Notes under the pieces: generated by a model
The model's database searches: none
The model's input: the letters and a program-made list of their open reading frames with translations, nothing else
Told to the model about the DNA's origin: nothing
DNA from: Curvularia clavata
Taxonomy: Eukaryota
Direction of reading: 5' to 3'
Assembly: GCA_023920165.1 (NCBI GenBank)
Contig: CP089275.1
Coordinates: forward strand, 310,001 to 374,000
Length of the DNA: 64,000 nucleotides
Translations under genes and position numbers: made by a program
Shown: positions 1-12,137 of the stretch, in pieces
How positions within the stretch are numbered: position 1 is the stretch's first letter
How the letters are laid out: each line of letters begins with the position of its first letter

Positions 1-64
1 TGACGTCAACGGCCTGGCGCCAAAATCGTTCCTTTTATTTTCGAAAAGCTGTCCTTATTTCCTT

Positions 65-212
65 ACGACAGTTCATGTGTTTCCTATTTTCTTATCTTCT
101 AGCATGTGGTACGATGCATGTGTTTCCTATTTTTTTTTATCTCCTGAAATCCAGTAGCCGGTCCATGGGTCTCCTGTTTTCTTATCTCCTAACAAGTAGA
201 ACGACGGTTCAT
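65..212. repeat. Degenerate ~45-bp tandem repeat, about 3 copies
   Basis: Recurring catg(t/g)gt(t/c)tcct(a/g)tttt(c)ttatct(t/c)ct block near 74, 117 and 165; acgac(a/g)gttcat recurs at 65 and 201. Confidence 0.6.
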
Positions 213-399
213 TCCACAAGAGTTGGTTATTTGACTCGTCACAAAAACAGTTGGGTATGCGACGGCTATTACGCTCTGTCTAGTTTTTTTAATAGAGCCA
301 TCTATCGCATATTGCATGTCCTTATTGCATCTTCTTAACAGTGACTCGATAACCCCCATGTATCTGTTTTGCTCAGATCATGTGACCTAATTTCACACC

Positions 400-1420
400 A
401 AGCTTGGCATGGTACACAACCTGCTCCACTTTGATGCTCATTAGGTAGCAATATAGCAGGCATTGGCTTTTCGAAGTTGGCAGATGTGCTGAGCAGTCCT
501 TTTTCATCGGCTTGCCTCACGATACAGTCTTGAACATAACGATTGGCATAATTCATACACAAATACTCGACCTCCAGCTGCATCTCCCCAGCTACCTACT
601 TGAACCCCACAACCAAGTCCTCAGCCATCCGCAGCATAGCCACATCGTCCTCGACATCACTCCACGAGAAATAAGGATTCATGAGCAGCATATGCCTGTC
701 TGGGGGTGCGAGACCCTCCAATGCACAACCGCCATTCCCTTTGCATAGCTTCAAGCTGCGCAGCAGTAATGACTTGAAGCGTATTAGATTAGCGGGCACG
801 GGTACCAGATACAATTTCCAGCTTTGTCAAACGCCGCGAGGGAGATGTAAATTACTACAATCGATCATCTTGCGATTTACCCAGTTTAGCAGAGGCAGTT
901 CACTAGGATCGGCGGTGTCCTTTTGTGGCTGTGAGTTTGCCGAGTTCTGACTGAAGTTTACAAGGGTATTGAGGCGAACGTTTGAAAGGCGGGGGAGTGA
1001 AAAAAGGAAATACCGCCAATTCTAATGTCAGCGATGCGGCCGTGCACGACGGTAAGATTGTGCTTGGCTAGGGTAGTGTAGATGGTGCTGCTACAAAGAG
1101 GTCCTGCGCTGATGGAGGGCCAATTGCTTTGTCGTTAAGAAAGGATGACATACGCCCATGCGCTCCGGTACTGATTACTGTCATTCCTCTTTCCGCACTC
1201 GACGTCCTAGTGAATGCGGCGTGGTCTCTGCTTCTTGCTGCAAAGGGATAGTCGTTGGGTTTAGGATGTACATGGTAAGAAGTATTCTCACCACTTTTTG
1301 GTGGCGACTCGGGGCGGAAGACGCATTGTGGCTTGGCATCTCACTGCTGCAGGGACCAGAAATAGTCAGGTGTAGGATTGTAGGCTTGCGAGTTTGAGGC
1401 GTCTGGTTTGCCATCTCTCA
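400..1420 (-). pseudogene. Decayed FAD-linked oxidoreductase (BBE-like/AA7-type) fragment; boundaries approximate
   Basis: Minus-strand fragments read ASLQSY/PDYFWSL, then LQVITAAQLEAMQR, a frameshift at ~737, NGGCALEGL...LLMNPYFSWSDVEDD...FK, an in-frame TAG at 596-598, then VAGEMQLEVEYLCMNYA. This resembles the C-terminal half of fungal FAD-binding oxidases (GGNALG, YxNYA motifs). Confidence 0.6.
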
Positions 1421-1560
1421 AAGGTTTCTAGAAGGGAATGGTATTGGATGAAAAAAGTAAGAGGAGAGGTTGTAGTGGAGATGGGTTGTAGGTGGCGAGC
1501 TTACGGCAGCCATTCCTAGAACTCGGTGATCCCCATTTGAACGCAGCATTTGCCTCCACT

Positions 1561-1578
1561 TCGTCGTCTTCGTCGTCT

Positions 1579-1613
<35 letters not shown>
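1561..1613. repeat. (TCG/GAC)n trinucleotide microsatellite with two TCT interruptions
   Basis: About 17 TCG units seen directly. Confidence 0.95.
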
Positions 1614-1615
<2 letters not shown>

Positions 1616-2805
1616 CAGGCATCTAGTGAACTTTGTCTTGCTGGAACGCGTCGCCGAGTGCTGCTGCGAATGGCGTGGCAATAAGGAGTGAGATTTCGCA
1701 GAGCCTCATCATGATGACTTGACCTGACTTGGTTTATAAAGTAAAAATAGTTCCCAACTATGAATATCCATGACAGGGACCACGTAACGAAGTTCTCCTC
1801 AGCATACACTTTAGTTGCGTATACATACGTGCTTACGAATGACGAGCAAGTGGGGGGTGTAGTTGACGTGGACATGGTGGACGCAGGGGCGTTAACTCCG
1901 AGTTGCTTAAATTAAGTACCGTGGCGGGCCGCATACATGCATGTCATCCATTCCACTTGCTTTTGCGGGATGCACATGTATCTATCCGCATATGGAGAAA
2001 CGGGTACCTACAGTTGGACTCCCCCCCTCCCCCCCGCATGACATGACGTGATCATGAGTAAAGGTACCAAAAAGCAATCAACGCCGAAAGCTTATGCGGG
2101 ATGGCGGCTCGGGACGAGAAGCGGAGTTTGTATTTCGAGCAAGGAGATGCATCGAAAATATAAGAGGACGTAATCAGTTGTATCTTCAAATGCTTTGTCG
2201 AAGGACCTCTCAAAAGGTACAAAGTCCAAAGGAGGGGAGGTGACGCTAAACATATCTCGCCTTAACATTTAGATATCAATGCTCAAACTTGTATCGAATG
2301 GCATAGCCCTGATCTTTCTCATCCAAGATTTTCAAATGGATAGTAGAATAAAAATAAGCGGACTGTGATTCTTTTTTTAGCCCCCGGTAGCTCACTTGCT
2401 TGAAGTTGGTAGCTTGAATTAGACTAAGACATGAAGGAAATGGGCGAGGATGAGAGTCACGTGAGTAGTCCATCATGCAAACTATACGACACTTTATTAT
2501 CCCACAAGATGAATCGTTTCAGATTGGTGTGAGAAAGTGGCTGTCTACTAGATTCCTAAATTGACGGGTAAAACCATAGAAGAACTATAATTGCAAACAC
2601 TCAGGCAGTAGTTGACACACCAAAAACACCAAAAACAGGGTATACGCTGGCAAAACATCGCATGGTATCTAAGCAGTAGTCTAAGTGAACATTTCAACGC
2701 CAGGGTATCAGATGTAGGCCCAAAAGGAAAAGTTCAAAGACAAAGACAGCGTAGAAATCAACGCCAAACCATAGCGCATAACAAAACTCAAACCCATGAA
2801 AAACA

Positions 2806-4782
2806 TCAATGCTTCTTCTTGGAACCACTCCTGCTCAATCCCGTGCGCGAGGCAAAGCTGGGCGGGAAATCATCAAAGCCAATGTCTTCGTCATCGAATG
2901 CACTGACGTAGTGTGGTGTACGGGGTACTGGCTGCGTGGTGTGGTGCTTACGGCCATCAGAGGTTCGGGTGGACGGAAGCGCGCTGTCCATGTTGCGCAA
3001 GTCCCACGGATCAGCCGTTGGAGACGCTACAGAAGCAGACAAGAAGGGGTTGTCTGGTGTAAGCGAGGGACGGCGGGCTGATGGGGGACGCCCATAGTCT
3101 TGGTTGAAGTTCTTTGGGAAAGAAAGTGGCGGCGGTGCGCGAACCCTCGTTGTTTGCGGTCGGGTAGAGTAATCCGTGGGCAACTGAGCACTAGAAGTGG
3201 GTGGGCTGGGTTGCGAGATGCTTGGGCGGCGCCTACTCGAAGCGTTGACAAGGCCAGATGGACGTGTGATAGAGGCAGCGCTGTCACGGCGTGGCTTGCT
3301 TGGGTTGGCGCTTGACAAGGATCGGTCGCCGCCGCGAGGATCGTAGTATGCAGAGGACTCTTGCTGCTGTCGAGCAGCCGCTCTCCTTTCTTCTCGCTCC
3401 CGTGCTTCAGCAGCCTGCTTCTCGCCCTGCATGAAGAGGGCGTCGGCTTCCAGGAGGCGCTGTTGCTCCGCCTGCTCTTGAGGAGTCATCATTGAAGACA
3501 TCCTTCGGGAGCTAGAAGGCCGCTTGGTGTTGTCGGTTGTGGGAGGTTTGGACTTTTCCTTCTTGCGATCCCTAGCCCTCTGCTCTTCTCGCTCCTTCTT
3601 TTCCTGTTCCAAACGGTCCAACCTCTTGCGCTCACGCTCTTCTTGCTCCAGACGTTCCAACCTCTTGCGCTCACGTTCTTCTTGCTCTAAACGCTCCAAC
3701 CTCTTGCGCTCCTCACGCTCCTTCTTTTCTTGTTCCAGGCGTTCTAAGCGCTTGCGCTCACGCTCTTCTTCGCGGATTGCGGCACGGTCCTTCTCCTTCT
3801 CAGCCAGTTTCCTCTCGGCTCGTTCCCTTTCGCGAGCCTCGTAGCGATCAAGCTCAAAGCGAACATGTCTCTCATTCTCCGACTTTTCAACATCTTCAGC
3901 CAGCCTTCGACTGACATCCTTAAAGAAATTATCTTCGCTGGACTTCTTTCGTCGCTGGCTGGTGTTCTTTGCGGGGCGGGAAGCCTCGGCTATCCCAGAG
4001 CTGGCACGAGAAGAGCCGGAGTGATCGGCATACTGGTCGTAATCAAGCGGATGCGAGCTAGTGGGGGTTTGAGTGATTTGAGGAAGGTCACTTGGTACAA
4101 CCCTTTTGGTCTTGTACGATCCTGTAGACAATCCAGGCTGTGGCCGAGTAGGAGATGCAGGCTCAGTGGTAGCGTGGTGGATAACGGTGGCAGATGGGCG
4201 GGTGCTCCGCCGAGCGGCAGAGGGGTTTAAGTCAGTCTCGGACGGCACAAGCAGCGAAGGTGTCTGGCTAGAGGATGCCGATGGTGTGTGCCGGGGATAG
4301 AGTCCATGGCTTGGAGTAGAAAGAAAGGTGCTGGGTTGGTCAAAGGCAGATGGTGGTAAAGGGGCTTCTGGGAAGCCAGTCCGGATAGTATAAGACGCCT
4401 CGGACTCTCCAGAATCTACAGCAGCATCATTAGATCCAAAGGAACCTGATGAATGACGCTTGTGGGTTTTTGCTGAAACAGAGACGGAGGGGTATTTGCT
4501 GCTTTTTCCTTTCTTGGAGCCAAATTCGATAATAATCTCGGGGTTGATGCGTGGGCCATCCCGGGTAGAAGGTCGGCTGCCACTGTTGGATGGGCGGCGG
4601 CGCGTAGTGAGATAAGTTCCAGAGCTAGTAGGTGTGGGTGGGTTGACCGGAGAAGGAGTGTCGTCGCGCGAGGAGCCTCTCTGGTGGATGTAGGAAGTAG
4701 GAACTCTTCGAACATCCCGACATGGTCTACCACTGCGCGCCTTGTCGCAGGGGTAGATGCGATCACCTTCCATTCGGCACAT
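2806..4782 (-). CDS. Hypothetical 658-aa low-complexity protein with N-terminal Cys motif and central E/R/K-rich helical repeat
   Basis: Long uninterrupted ORF with ATG start; Ser/Pro/Arg-rich; four ERKRL(E/D)RLEQE repeats. Confidence 0.75.
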   Translation of the reverse strand: MCRMEGDRIYPCDKARSGRPCRDVRRVPTSYIHQRGSSRDDTPSPVNPPTPTSSGTYLTTRRRPSNSGSRPSTRDGPRINPEIIIEFGSKKGKSSKYPSVSVSAKTHKRHSSGSFGSNDAAVDSGESEASYTIRTGFPEAPLPPSAFDQPSTFLSTPSHGLYPRHTPSASSSQTPSLLVPSETDLNPSAARRSTRPSATVIHHATTEPASPTRPQPGLSTGSYKTKRVVPSDLPQITQTPTSSHPLDYDQYADHSGSSRASSGIAEASRPAKNTSQRRKKSSEDNFFKDVSRRLAEDVEKSENERHVRFELDRYEARERERAERKLAEKEKDRAAIREEERERKRLERLEQEKKEREERKRLERLEQEERERKRLERLEQEERERKRLDRLEQEKKEREEQRARDRKKEKSKPPTTDNTKRPSSSRRMSSMMTPQEQAEQQRLLEADALFMQGEKQAAEAREREERRAAARQQQESSAYYDPRGGDRSLSSANPSKPRRDSAASITRPSGLVNASSRRRPSISQPSPPTSSAQLPTDYSTRPQTTRVRAPPPLSFPKNFNQDYGRPPSARRPSLTPDNPFLSASVASPTADPWDLRNMDSALPSTRTSDGRKHHTTQPVPRTPHYVSAFDDEDIGFDDFPPSFASRTGLSRSGSKKKH

Positions 4783-7700
4783 GGTAGCGACGAGAGGTAG
4801 GTAATACCAGGGCCAGGTAGTGTTGAGGTGTTTGGCGGGTAATGTCCCGAAGTGTGGTAGGTGGTGTGGTCAGGACAACTTATGCAAGTTAATAACTGAA
4901 AGAAAACGTTTGACCGACTTGGGCGCAGGGTATAAGGAGGACAAACCCGATGAGTCAAACAAATAAGGCACGTGTGGGAGTGATATGCGGATAGTGCTGG
5001 GAGCTGGGTGTATTTAAAGGGCGCAGGTAATGGCCCGGGTGAGACAAGCGCCGACAGGATGAGTGTATTTGGGCAGTCAAGGAGGCGTAGGCCCGAAAGC
5101 GCAGGAGTCAGAGAGGCAAATGTATAATAATAAATGCGAGGCAATGAGCGCAAATGAGACGAGGTGGATACTATGCAGAAGCGTGTGAGGGAGCAAAGTA
5201 CAGCCCTGCTGGGCGACCGGTCGCTTTTAAGTGACAAGCAGTTGGTCGATTGTAGCCTGAACATGGGCAGTGTGGGTGGACATGGGCATGAGCCTCAGCA
5301 CAAAGTACTACCAGTGCCAGGCTGCAGCGGCGGGCAGGACGGGCAGCATGGGCGATTGCATGAACATGATCCGGGCGTCCTGGGGCCAAGTTTCTCCTGC
5401 TGCGCAGCGGTGAATTGCACAGCCCGCGAGCGACCGAAGCCACTGGCCCCCCCCAAAACCAGACCCTGGTCGCAACCGGTGTAGACTGGTGTCAACTGGT
5501 GTGGGCGGGTGTCGTGTGCCTGGTAACCACGAAGAAAAAAAATCAGACGCTGACGGCACTTGGGGCACGATACGTTTGTCGAAGGCGCAAAGCGGAGGGC
5601 GCGTCCCCGCGTTGGCGTAGATACATGTCTTAGACTCGATGGGCATCAATGTCGAGATTGCCGACATTTTGGTGCGGTTTTTTTCCCAGGATGACGACCC
5701 CCTTCCGCTTGGGCTCCGGTCCATTGAGGGTGCTCTTGGTGCAGAATTGCACTTGGAGAGAGAGGTACAGACTGGCATGTGCTGATGGAGTCGTCGTGGC
5801 CGAAATGCGGATGGCGCGCCGTCAGCTGCAAGAAAATTGACGAATGCCAGTGGAGGCTATGCAGTCAGTGCCGTGTGGGCAAACCGGATGCGCTTGACGC
5901 CAGGCACCAGGAGGCTGCCATTTGCTGCTGCGTGCCCAATGGCCAAGGATGTCTTGAGGTAGTGGTGGTGAGGATGATGCAGGTAGGGTGCATTGCAGCA
6001 CCCTCATTGTCACCGTGTGAGAGCGAGTGGATGAGGGGAGAGGCAAATGGCAGGCCATGTGGACGCGGCAGCCACCTTGTTGCCTTGCGCCATGTACAGT
6101 CGGGGAAAGAGCAGCCCTCCCCAACGCGTCACGTCTGCGTGAAGATGGAGAGACGACGACAATTTTTTTGTCAGCGCATCTGATCCCCGCCGACGCGCTC
6201 CCTCCCGCTGCACCGGCTCGCGCTCCACCAAGCGCGCCCATTACCAATATCCACAGATGACTTGCCGCTACTATCATCATCTCGGCTGCTCTCTAGCGGC
6301 GGCTTTCACACGCTCTGATACGGCCGCCGCTCTAGTGTGCATTTCCAACCTGCTTCCAATATACGACACCGCTGTTTCTGCGTCGACCCCCAATTTCCCA
6401 CGCACAATGACCCAGATTGGGGGGTAAGCACCGCCACGGCAGAGTGGAGAGCAGCCACTTTGGTGAGCAGCCACACCATCGCTTCCTCATCCTACTGACA
6501 AATGGACAAGATGTGGCAAGAGGGGGTTCCAGAAATATTCAACAGCACGCCTGAGCAGCTCGTCGCTTGCTTCCCAATCAATGCCGCGCGCCGTCGTTGT
6601 TGCCAATTGCACCCCGGGGTACTTGCTAGTAGCAGTAGTATGTACGAAGCACTATACCTAGGAACCTAGGAGCACCTTCCCAATACACACTTACTACCCC
6701 TGCCTACGTCATATCCAAAACCTCAACACCAAAAGATTTTTTTTCTCCATATCAAACACTACCAAAGCTTCTGCCCCACTACGATGCCGCCCCATCCAAC
6801 AACAGCATCGCCATGATCGTCACCAGCCTCATTCTATCTTTGTGGCTCAGCCACACCATCTCCACCCAAACGAGCCGACCTATAACAAGTCTCAGGCGTG
6901 CCGTGCCGTGCCACACTTCCTCCCGCACCTTCAATCCCAATTGCACGCTTGCTCAGCCCCGCCGCCCATGGTTGCCCAGCTCAGAGTTCGCGTTAGGACT
7001 GTCTCCGGCCAGGGTCTTTTCAACAATGCCGTCAAGCTTTTCCGGCTCCACCTCTGTGGGTTGGGCATTGCCAACTATCGCCGACGTCAGGAAATACATG
7101 TCTTGGCGAGACAACGCCATAGTTGTCGCCATCTTGGTCTCAGCCTGAGAGGTGTGGGGTCCGACTTCCGCTACCAGCAGTCCAAGCCCTTCTTCACATC
7201 CGACCCATTCAGAACAGGTTTGCGTCTATCCAAAGCACCTCATTCCGAACCCATACCCATATGACGACTATTATCTAGTCGCTCATAGTATGCTACATTG
7301 CGCAAAGCCCCCCTCTGCGCAAACGTCGCTACCCAACTAGCGCTTAGGCGCATGCCCAAAGTCCAACCCATCCCACAGTCAGTTGGGCCCTAGATATCCC
7401 CCAGCGACATTTCCGTACCCTCCCGGCTCGCCTCGCTTGTCCCATCCGTCAGCAAAGTCAGCTTCGGGGGCTCTCTTTCCTGTCCGACAACCACTGAGCG
7501 TAGACCACAGGAACAACAAGCTTTCCAACAGGGATGCCATGGAAGCTGAAGTGTTTCACTGTGCCAATAAAATATTCATCCTTGGCTAGAAACCACCGCT
7601 GGAACCGGTATACATGGTGTATACTGATCGGTACGATTTACCGTAGTATGCCTCCCATCACATCACCCATGTTACTAACTCCTACGTACGGATACACGAT

Positions 7701-8338
7701 TGCTGCCTCGCGGAGCTTTCTCGGTCTAACCACCTGCACGGCAGTGACTTCATGTAGTACAAACCTTCTCTCTCTCTCCCGGTGCCTAGTCGTTGATCAT
7801 CCGTCCAACAGAAAAAAATGGCCTAAGTGTGAAACCAAGCCGTACTACTCTCACGAGGCAAGACTGACTTCTCTCCCCCTTGTCACTGCTACGTACTCTC
7901 TCGCCTGGCCCCCAAAGCCAAAGCCTCCCAACACTTGGCTCCGTCCACGCCTTCCCCCCTTCCTATATTGAACAGTGTCTGAAACCAATATTGGTGCCTA
8001 ATACATGTCTTACTTGGTAGGCACACATGTTGCTTGCGAGGCGTGTCCCCTCTTCCAGATGCCGATGCCATTCGTACGCTCTTTGACCCTCATTTTGACA
8101 AGTGTAGTTTGTACCTCTGCGGTAAGCCCCGTTTGCTCCTTGAACACAGAGTCTGTAAGCTTTGCATGTATGTGTTAGTTTTCGTCCTGAGCACATGATA
8201 GCCAGGACACTGGACACACCAACACAGAGAGAAAACACATTTAGCCAAGAAATCAGATAGCTCATTGTTTTCCCTTGAGATACTATACATTTATCCATTT
8301 CATTCTTCTACAAAATCATACACTCTCCCCCCTCCTTC

Positions 8339-10210
8339 CTACTCCCCCCTCAGCGCCTCCGCCACGCCCGGAAACCCCGGCGCCGGCGTTCCCTTCTTCC
8401 CCCTCGGCGTCACACTCTCCAAAAACCGACCCAGCTCTTTCGCCTCCCCACTCTGCTCATCCAGCTCCTTCACTCCGCTCTTCCCCAAACTACTGCCTAG
8501 CCCACGCAGCGGATCCTCATCGACATTCTCTCTGACCGGCGGCCGGTCATCCAACTCGCCTCTCGCGACGGCGACCTCAGGGCCCGTCGACCGCTTGAGC
8601 TTGATATGGATGCGGCCGTCGTTAGTCACGCTGCCGAAGAGGGGTTGAACGGGGATCTTGCGGCCACCGGGGGTATCAATATCGATTGTCTCTACGTCCT
8701 TTGCGCCCGCGATATTGGCGCGTGACGCGGACATTGTTTCTGTGCTCTTGAACTGGTCGTTGGCCACGAAGCCGCCGACACCTAGACGCGCGTACATTTC
8801 GTTCTTGGTGCCGGTGCGGCGGGCTTGCACCACGCGGGCGGGCACGGGTGCGTGACTGGCTTGTGGACCGAGGATGGGGTGGTTGGTCATGTAGGATTTT
8901 GTGCGTAGGTAGCCTAGACCGGCGCTGGGGTGCGTGGATAAAGGTGCCGTTTCTTGGTCAAACGAGTACTGGTCTACGTCGCGGCTTGATGCGTCTTGTG
9001 CGTAGGCCCTGTACTTGAATTTTATGGCCGGTAGTCTCAGGAAAGGGAGAATGAGCTTGCTGACGAGCTTGCTGGCCAAGGGGTCGTTGGCGGTTTCCTT
9101 GCGAAGAGCTCTGATGCCAGCATCGATGTCGGCTTGGGTAATGTGACGTAGAGCCTTTTCTTGTTGCTCGTGCCATTTTTCGGCTTCTTTGATGTCCATT
9201 GGGGGTGTGTTTTGTGACTTTGCCGCGGCCAGACGACGGGATGTGTAAATCTCGTTCTTGACAAACTCCACGAGGTACTTGTTGAATTCTGCCTTGCGAG
9301 CAGTGATGTCTTTGCTGAGGTAGGCAACAAAGTCGTCGGCGCCCATGCCCGGCAGCCAAGGTCCATCGTGTTTCCACCGCTTGGTGTTGTGCACGGCGGG
9401 GTCTACAGGAGGTGGGGTGAATGGTCTAAAAGGTGTGGATCCGGAGTCCAGTTTCTGCCTCAGTGTCTTCTTTGCTTCCTTTTGTTCTTGCTCGAAAGTC
9501 TTAAACTCATCCAGCCAAGGAACTGAGCCTGGAGCCTGTCTCCTTGCCTTGTTCGCTTCTTTCTGGAATGCCTCAAACTCGACAAGTTCAGTAACCCAAC
9601 CACGTGCCCTCCAACTGGCCTGCTTCTCTGCCCACTTCTCTTTCCAGGTGGCATTGAAGGCTTCACGTTCGGCCTTGGCTCGCTCCGCAGGCATGCTCTT
9701 CTTGAGCGCCTTTAGGTACAGCCCAGCCTCGTCCAAACCCACATCAGTATCATAACTCGTGGTATCGTCACGGACTTCGAATGCTCCTGCAGGTGGCGCA
9801 CCACTCAAGTCCATGTCCCGCATCTGTGTCATGCCCTTCATCATCGGAACACCCATCTCTTCCCACTTCTGCCTTGTCCGCACATGGTCGGCCGCTGAGT
9901 CGAAGTCGGTAACATGCTCAATGGTATCCAGTTGTGTCACTCTCAGCACCGGATCGCTGACTTGGACAAGGTGACTCCGTGATGGAATTGGCCGCTTCAG
10001 ACCCCAGTCGCCGCGTGCAAGTGAAGCTTTTGTGGTAGCAATAGCCTGGTGTGTAGGGTATGGGAGCGTTGCTGTATCAGAGGCCTTGGTGATGCCCGCG
10101 CCAAAGGTCTCGCTAACGGGTGGCCGTGGGAGCGGTTTCGGCAGCGAGAAAAGCCGGGAATTTCGCAAAAGGTGAGCCGTAGGAGAGAGTGATTGGCGGT
10201 TTAGAGCCAT
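8339..10210 (-). CDS. MRP51: Mitochondrial small ribosomal subunit protein Mrp51 (bS1m family)
   Basis: 623-aa ORF; basic presequence-like N-terminus, LLRNSRLF, ARGDWGLKRP, THPSAGLGY and GVGGFV motifs. Confidence 0.85.
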   Translation of the reverse strand: MALNRQSLSPTAHLLRNSRLFSLPKPLPRPPVSETFGAGITKASDTATLPYPTHQAIATTKASLARGDWGLKRPIPSRSHLVQVSDPVLRVTQLDTIEHVTDFDSAADHVRTRQKWEEMGVPMMKGMTQMRDMDLSGAPPAGAFEVRDDTTSYDTDVGLDEAGLYLKALKKSMPAERAKAEREAFNATWKEKWAEKQASWRARGWVTELVEFEAFQKEANKARRQAPGSVPWLDEFKTFEQEQKEAKKTLRQKLDSGSTPFRPFTPPPVDPAVHNTKRWKHDGPWLPGMGADDFVAYLSKDITARKAEFNKYLVEFVKNEIYTSRRLAAAKSQNTPPMDIKEAEKWHEQQEKALRHITQADIDAGIRALRKETANDPLASKLVSKLILPFLRLPAIKFKYRAYAQDASSRDVDQYSFDQETAPLSTHPSAGLGYLRTKSYMTNHPILGPQASHAPVPARVVQARRTGTKNEMYARLGVGGFVANDQFKSTETMSASRANIAGAKDVETIDIDTPGGRKIPVQPLFGSVTNDGRIHIKLKRSTGPEVAVARGELDDRPPVRENVDEDPLRGLGSSLGKSGVKELDEQSGEAKELGRFLESVTPRGKKGTPAPGFPGVAEALRGE

Positions 10211-10734
10211 ATTGGCGATGCGACAGCCGCGTGCGGGCGTTCAATGGCGGCTGAAGTGGTGGCTTTGGCAATTGCGAGCAAATGTCGAAGATGGATTTGC
10301 GGCGATGCGGTCCGTGCGCACCTCCGCGGCTTCTGCTGGGGTGTGTGCATTGTAAAGTTAAGAAGAACATCTTATGTAAGTGACAGCTATCCTGAGTAAC
10401 TTTTGCGTCTATTCATTGGGAAAACTATGAAACACAGTAATCTACTCTATCCATTGGTTATGTTCCAAGTGCAGCTTTTTGCAACTACATTGGCTACGAC
10501 AGTTATCAAATTGGTCGGCAATCGCCGCATAGTCTCTACGAGGTAGTATACTTCCAACTACTATGCAGATTTCGGTCCTGGCCTCTGGTGAAAGAACATG
10601 AATTTCTCACATGCTGTTCGGCCGGCAAATGTCTTGATGTAGAGATCAAGTATATGGCTTCCACTAGCATCCAGGTCTAGTGTTGGTTTTCTTGTGGCTG
10701 GTGATACAGAGGGTTCTGGCGGTGAGTTGTCTGA

Positions 10735-11634
10735 TCATCCTGGTAGGTGCTTGTCCCAGTCCTGTGCATCATCATCATCTTCGTCTTCATCTTTGTCTTT
10801 CCTGTTGATGCGTGGTACGTGGCCTTCAATCGCCATGGTGTGGTCGGACGTCTGACTCGGGAGCGAGGGCGGCTGCGGGGGTGCGTCGTTGGACGGCCGC
10901 TCCAGGATCTGGTCTTGGACAAGATCGTTATTGGCCTTTGTTACTTGGCCCGGCTTCTCTCCTCGCTCGAGTGCCAGGTCGGCCATAGCATCCTCGCGAG
11001 CCGCCCAGGCTGCGTCAAGGTCCTCTTCTTCCTCACTGTCTTTGGCAGACGCGACTTGCTGCTTCGGTCGCAGGGGCAGCGCAATCCGGTGTTCGTCCTC
11101 GTTTTCCACCATGAGCTCAATCTTGTCGCCGTACCCGCCATGGCGCAACCAGGCCGGTTCTTCGCTCAGCTGCACTTTCACGTACAGGGCGCGTTTTGCG
11201 CAGTCGTCTGAGCACCACACCTCGAGCACCTTCCTGTCGACTATCTGCACGCCGTCCTCAGTATCGACAAACTGTTTCTTTGCCGTTGAGCGCGCCTTTC
11301 CCTTGGGCCGCGAGCACAGGGCATAGCCGCACTTGTCGGCAATGTTGCGCTCCTCAATGAGTGCGTCATAGTCGGCAGGCTGGAACGGAACGACTGCCTT
11401 TTGGAAGAACTGGGCGTCCGAAGGGGAAGGCCGCTTCGCATCGGCGTCGGGCGACGAGGGAAAGTCCATGAGCGTCATGACGGCCTGGAGGACCTCGGCC
11501 TCGACGCGTTTGCGGTCTTCGAGAACTGAGGCATGGTGGCGGGCGACTGCGAGATGGCGAGGATTGACGGGTTTCCTGCCGGGCGGCGCGTTGGCAGCGA
11601 CGGTCGAGTTTTTGAGAATGGACTTGGGCTGCAT
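10735..11634 (-). CDS. RTR1: Rtr1/RPAP2-family RNA polymerase II CTD phosphatase-like protein
   Basis: YDALIEERNIADKCGYALC ... WCSDDCAKRALYVKVQL zinc-finger signature; likely start MQPKSILK at 11634. Confidence 0.8.
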   Translation of the reverse strand: MQPKSILKNSTVAANAPPGRKPVNPRHLAVARHHASVLEDRKRVEAEVLQAVMTLMDFPSSPDADAKRPSPSDAQFFQKAVVPFQPADYDALIEERNIADKCGYALCSRPKGKARSTAKKQFVDTEDGVQIVDRKVLEVWCSDDCAKRALYVKVQLSEEPAWLRHGGYGDKIELMVENEDEHRIALPLRPKQQVASAKDSEEEEDLDAAWAAREDAMADLALERGEKPGQVTKANNDLVQDQILERPSNDAPPQPPSLPSQTSDHTMAIEGHVPRINRKDKDEDEDDDDAQDWDKHLPG

Positions 11635-12137
11635 CTCTCTCTCTCGAAAGCGAGTCCGAGAGGGCGTGTCCGAGTTTGTATTGGTGTTGGGATCGTCGGG
11701 TGCTAGAGGTTGTGAAGTGGACCTGGATGCGCCAACTGCCAAGCTGGGCGTCGGGCTGCGCGCGGGGCTGTTTTGAGCTTCGTCACCACACTGTCCCCAC
11801 GAGGCTCCTGCCCGCCGCCCCCCGTCTTCTCTCTCCCCCACCCGTCTCTACCACAAGACCCGTCCAGAGCTGTATGGGTGCCCACGGTAAATGGTACGCC
11901 TCTCCAGTGCTTCCGCGCCTCCCGCTGTCTCTCGCAATCTGACACACGCCTCATCACAGCTCCACCTAGACGACCTGCCCTGTACTACGCCCTAGAGAAG
12001 CTCCCGCCTACGTCTGCACAAACACCAGCTGCAGCCCTTTTTTCCTACCCGTGGCAGGGACCGCAGCTATCACAGCATAGCGAGCCCCGTCTACCACTGC
12101 CAGAGCCGTCCCATCTGCACTACCCGACCTCGTCGCC

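Noticed and set aside
1428..1681. Poly-Asp and poly-Thr ORFs
   Set aside because: Artefacts of the stop-free TCG microsatellite.
4416..8300. Numerous 60-280 aa ORFs upstream of the 658-aa gene
   Set aside because: No motifs, often non-ATG starts, overlapping on both strands; consistent with GC-rich promoter/UTR sequence.
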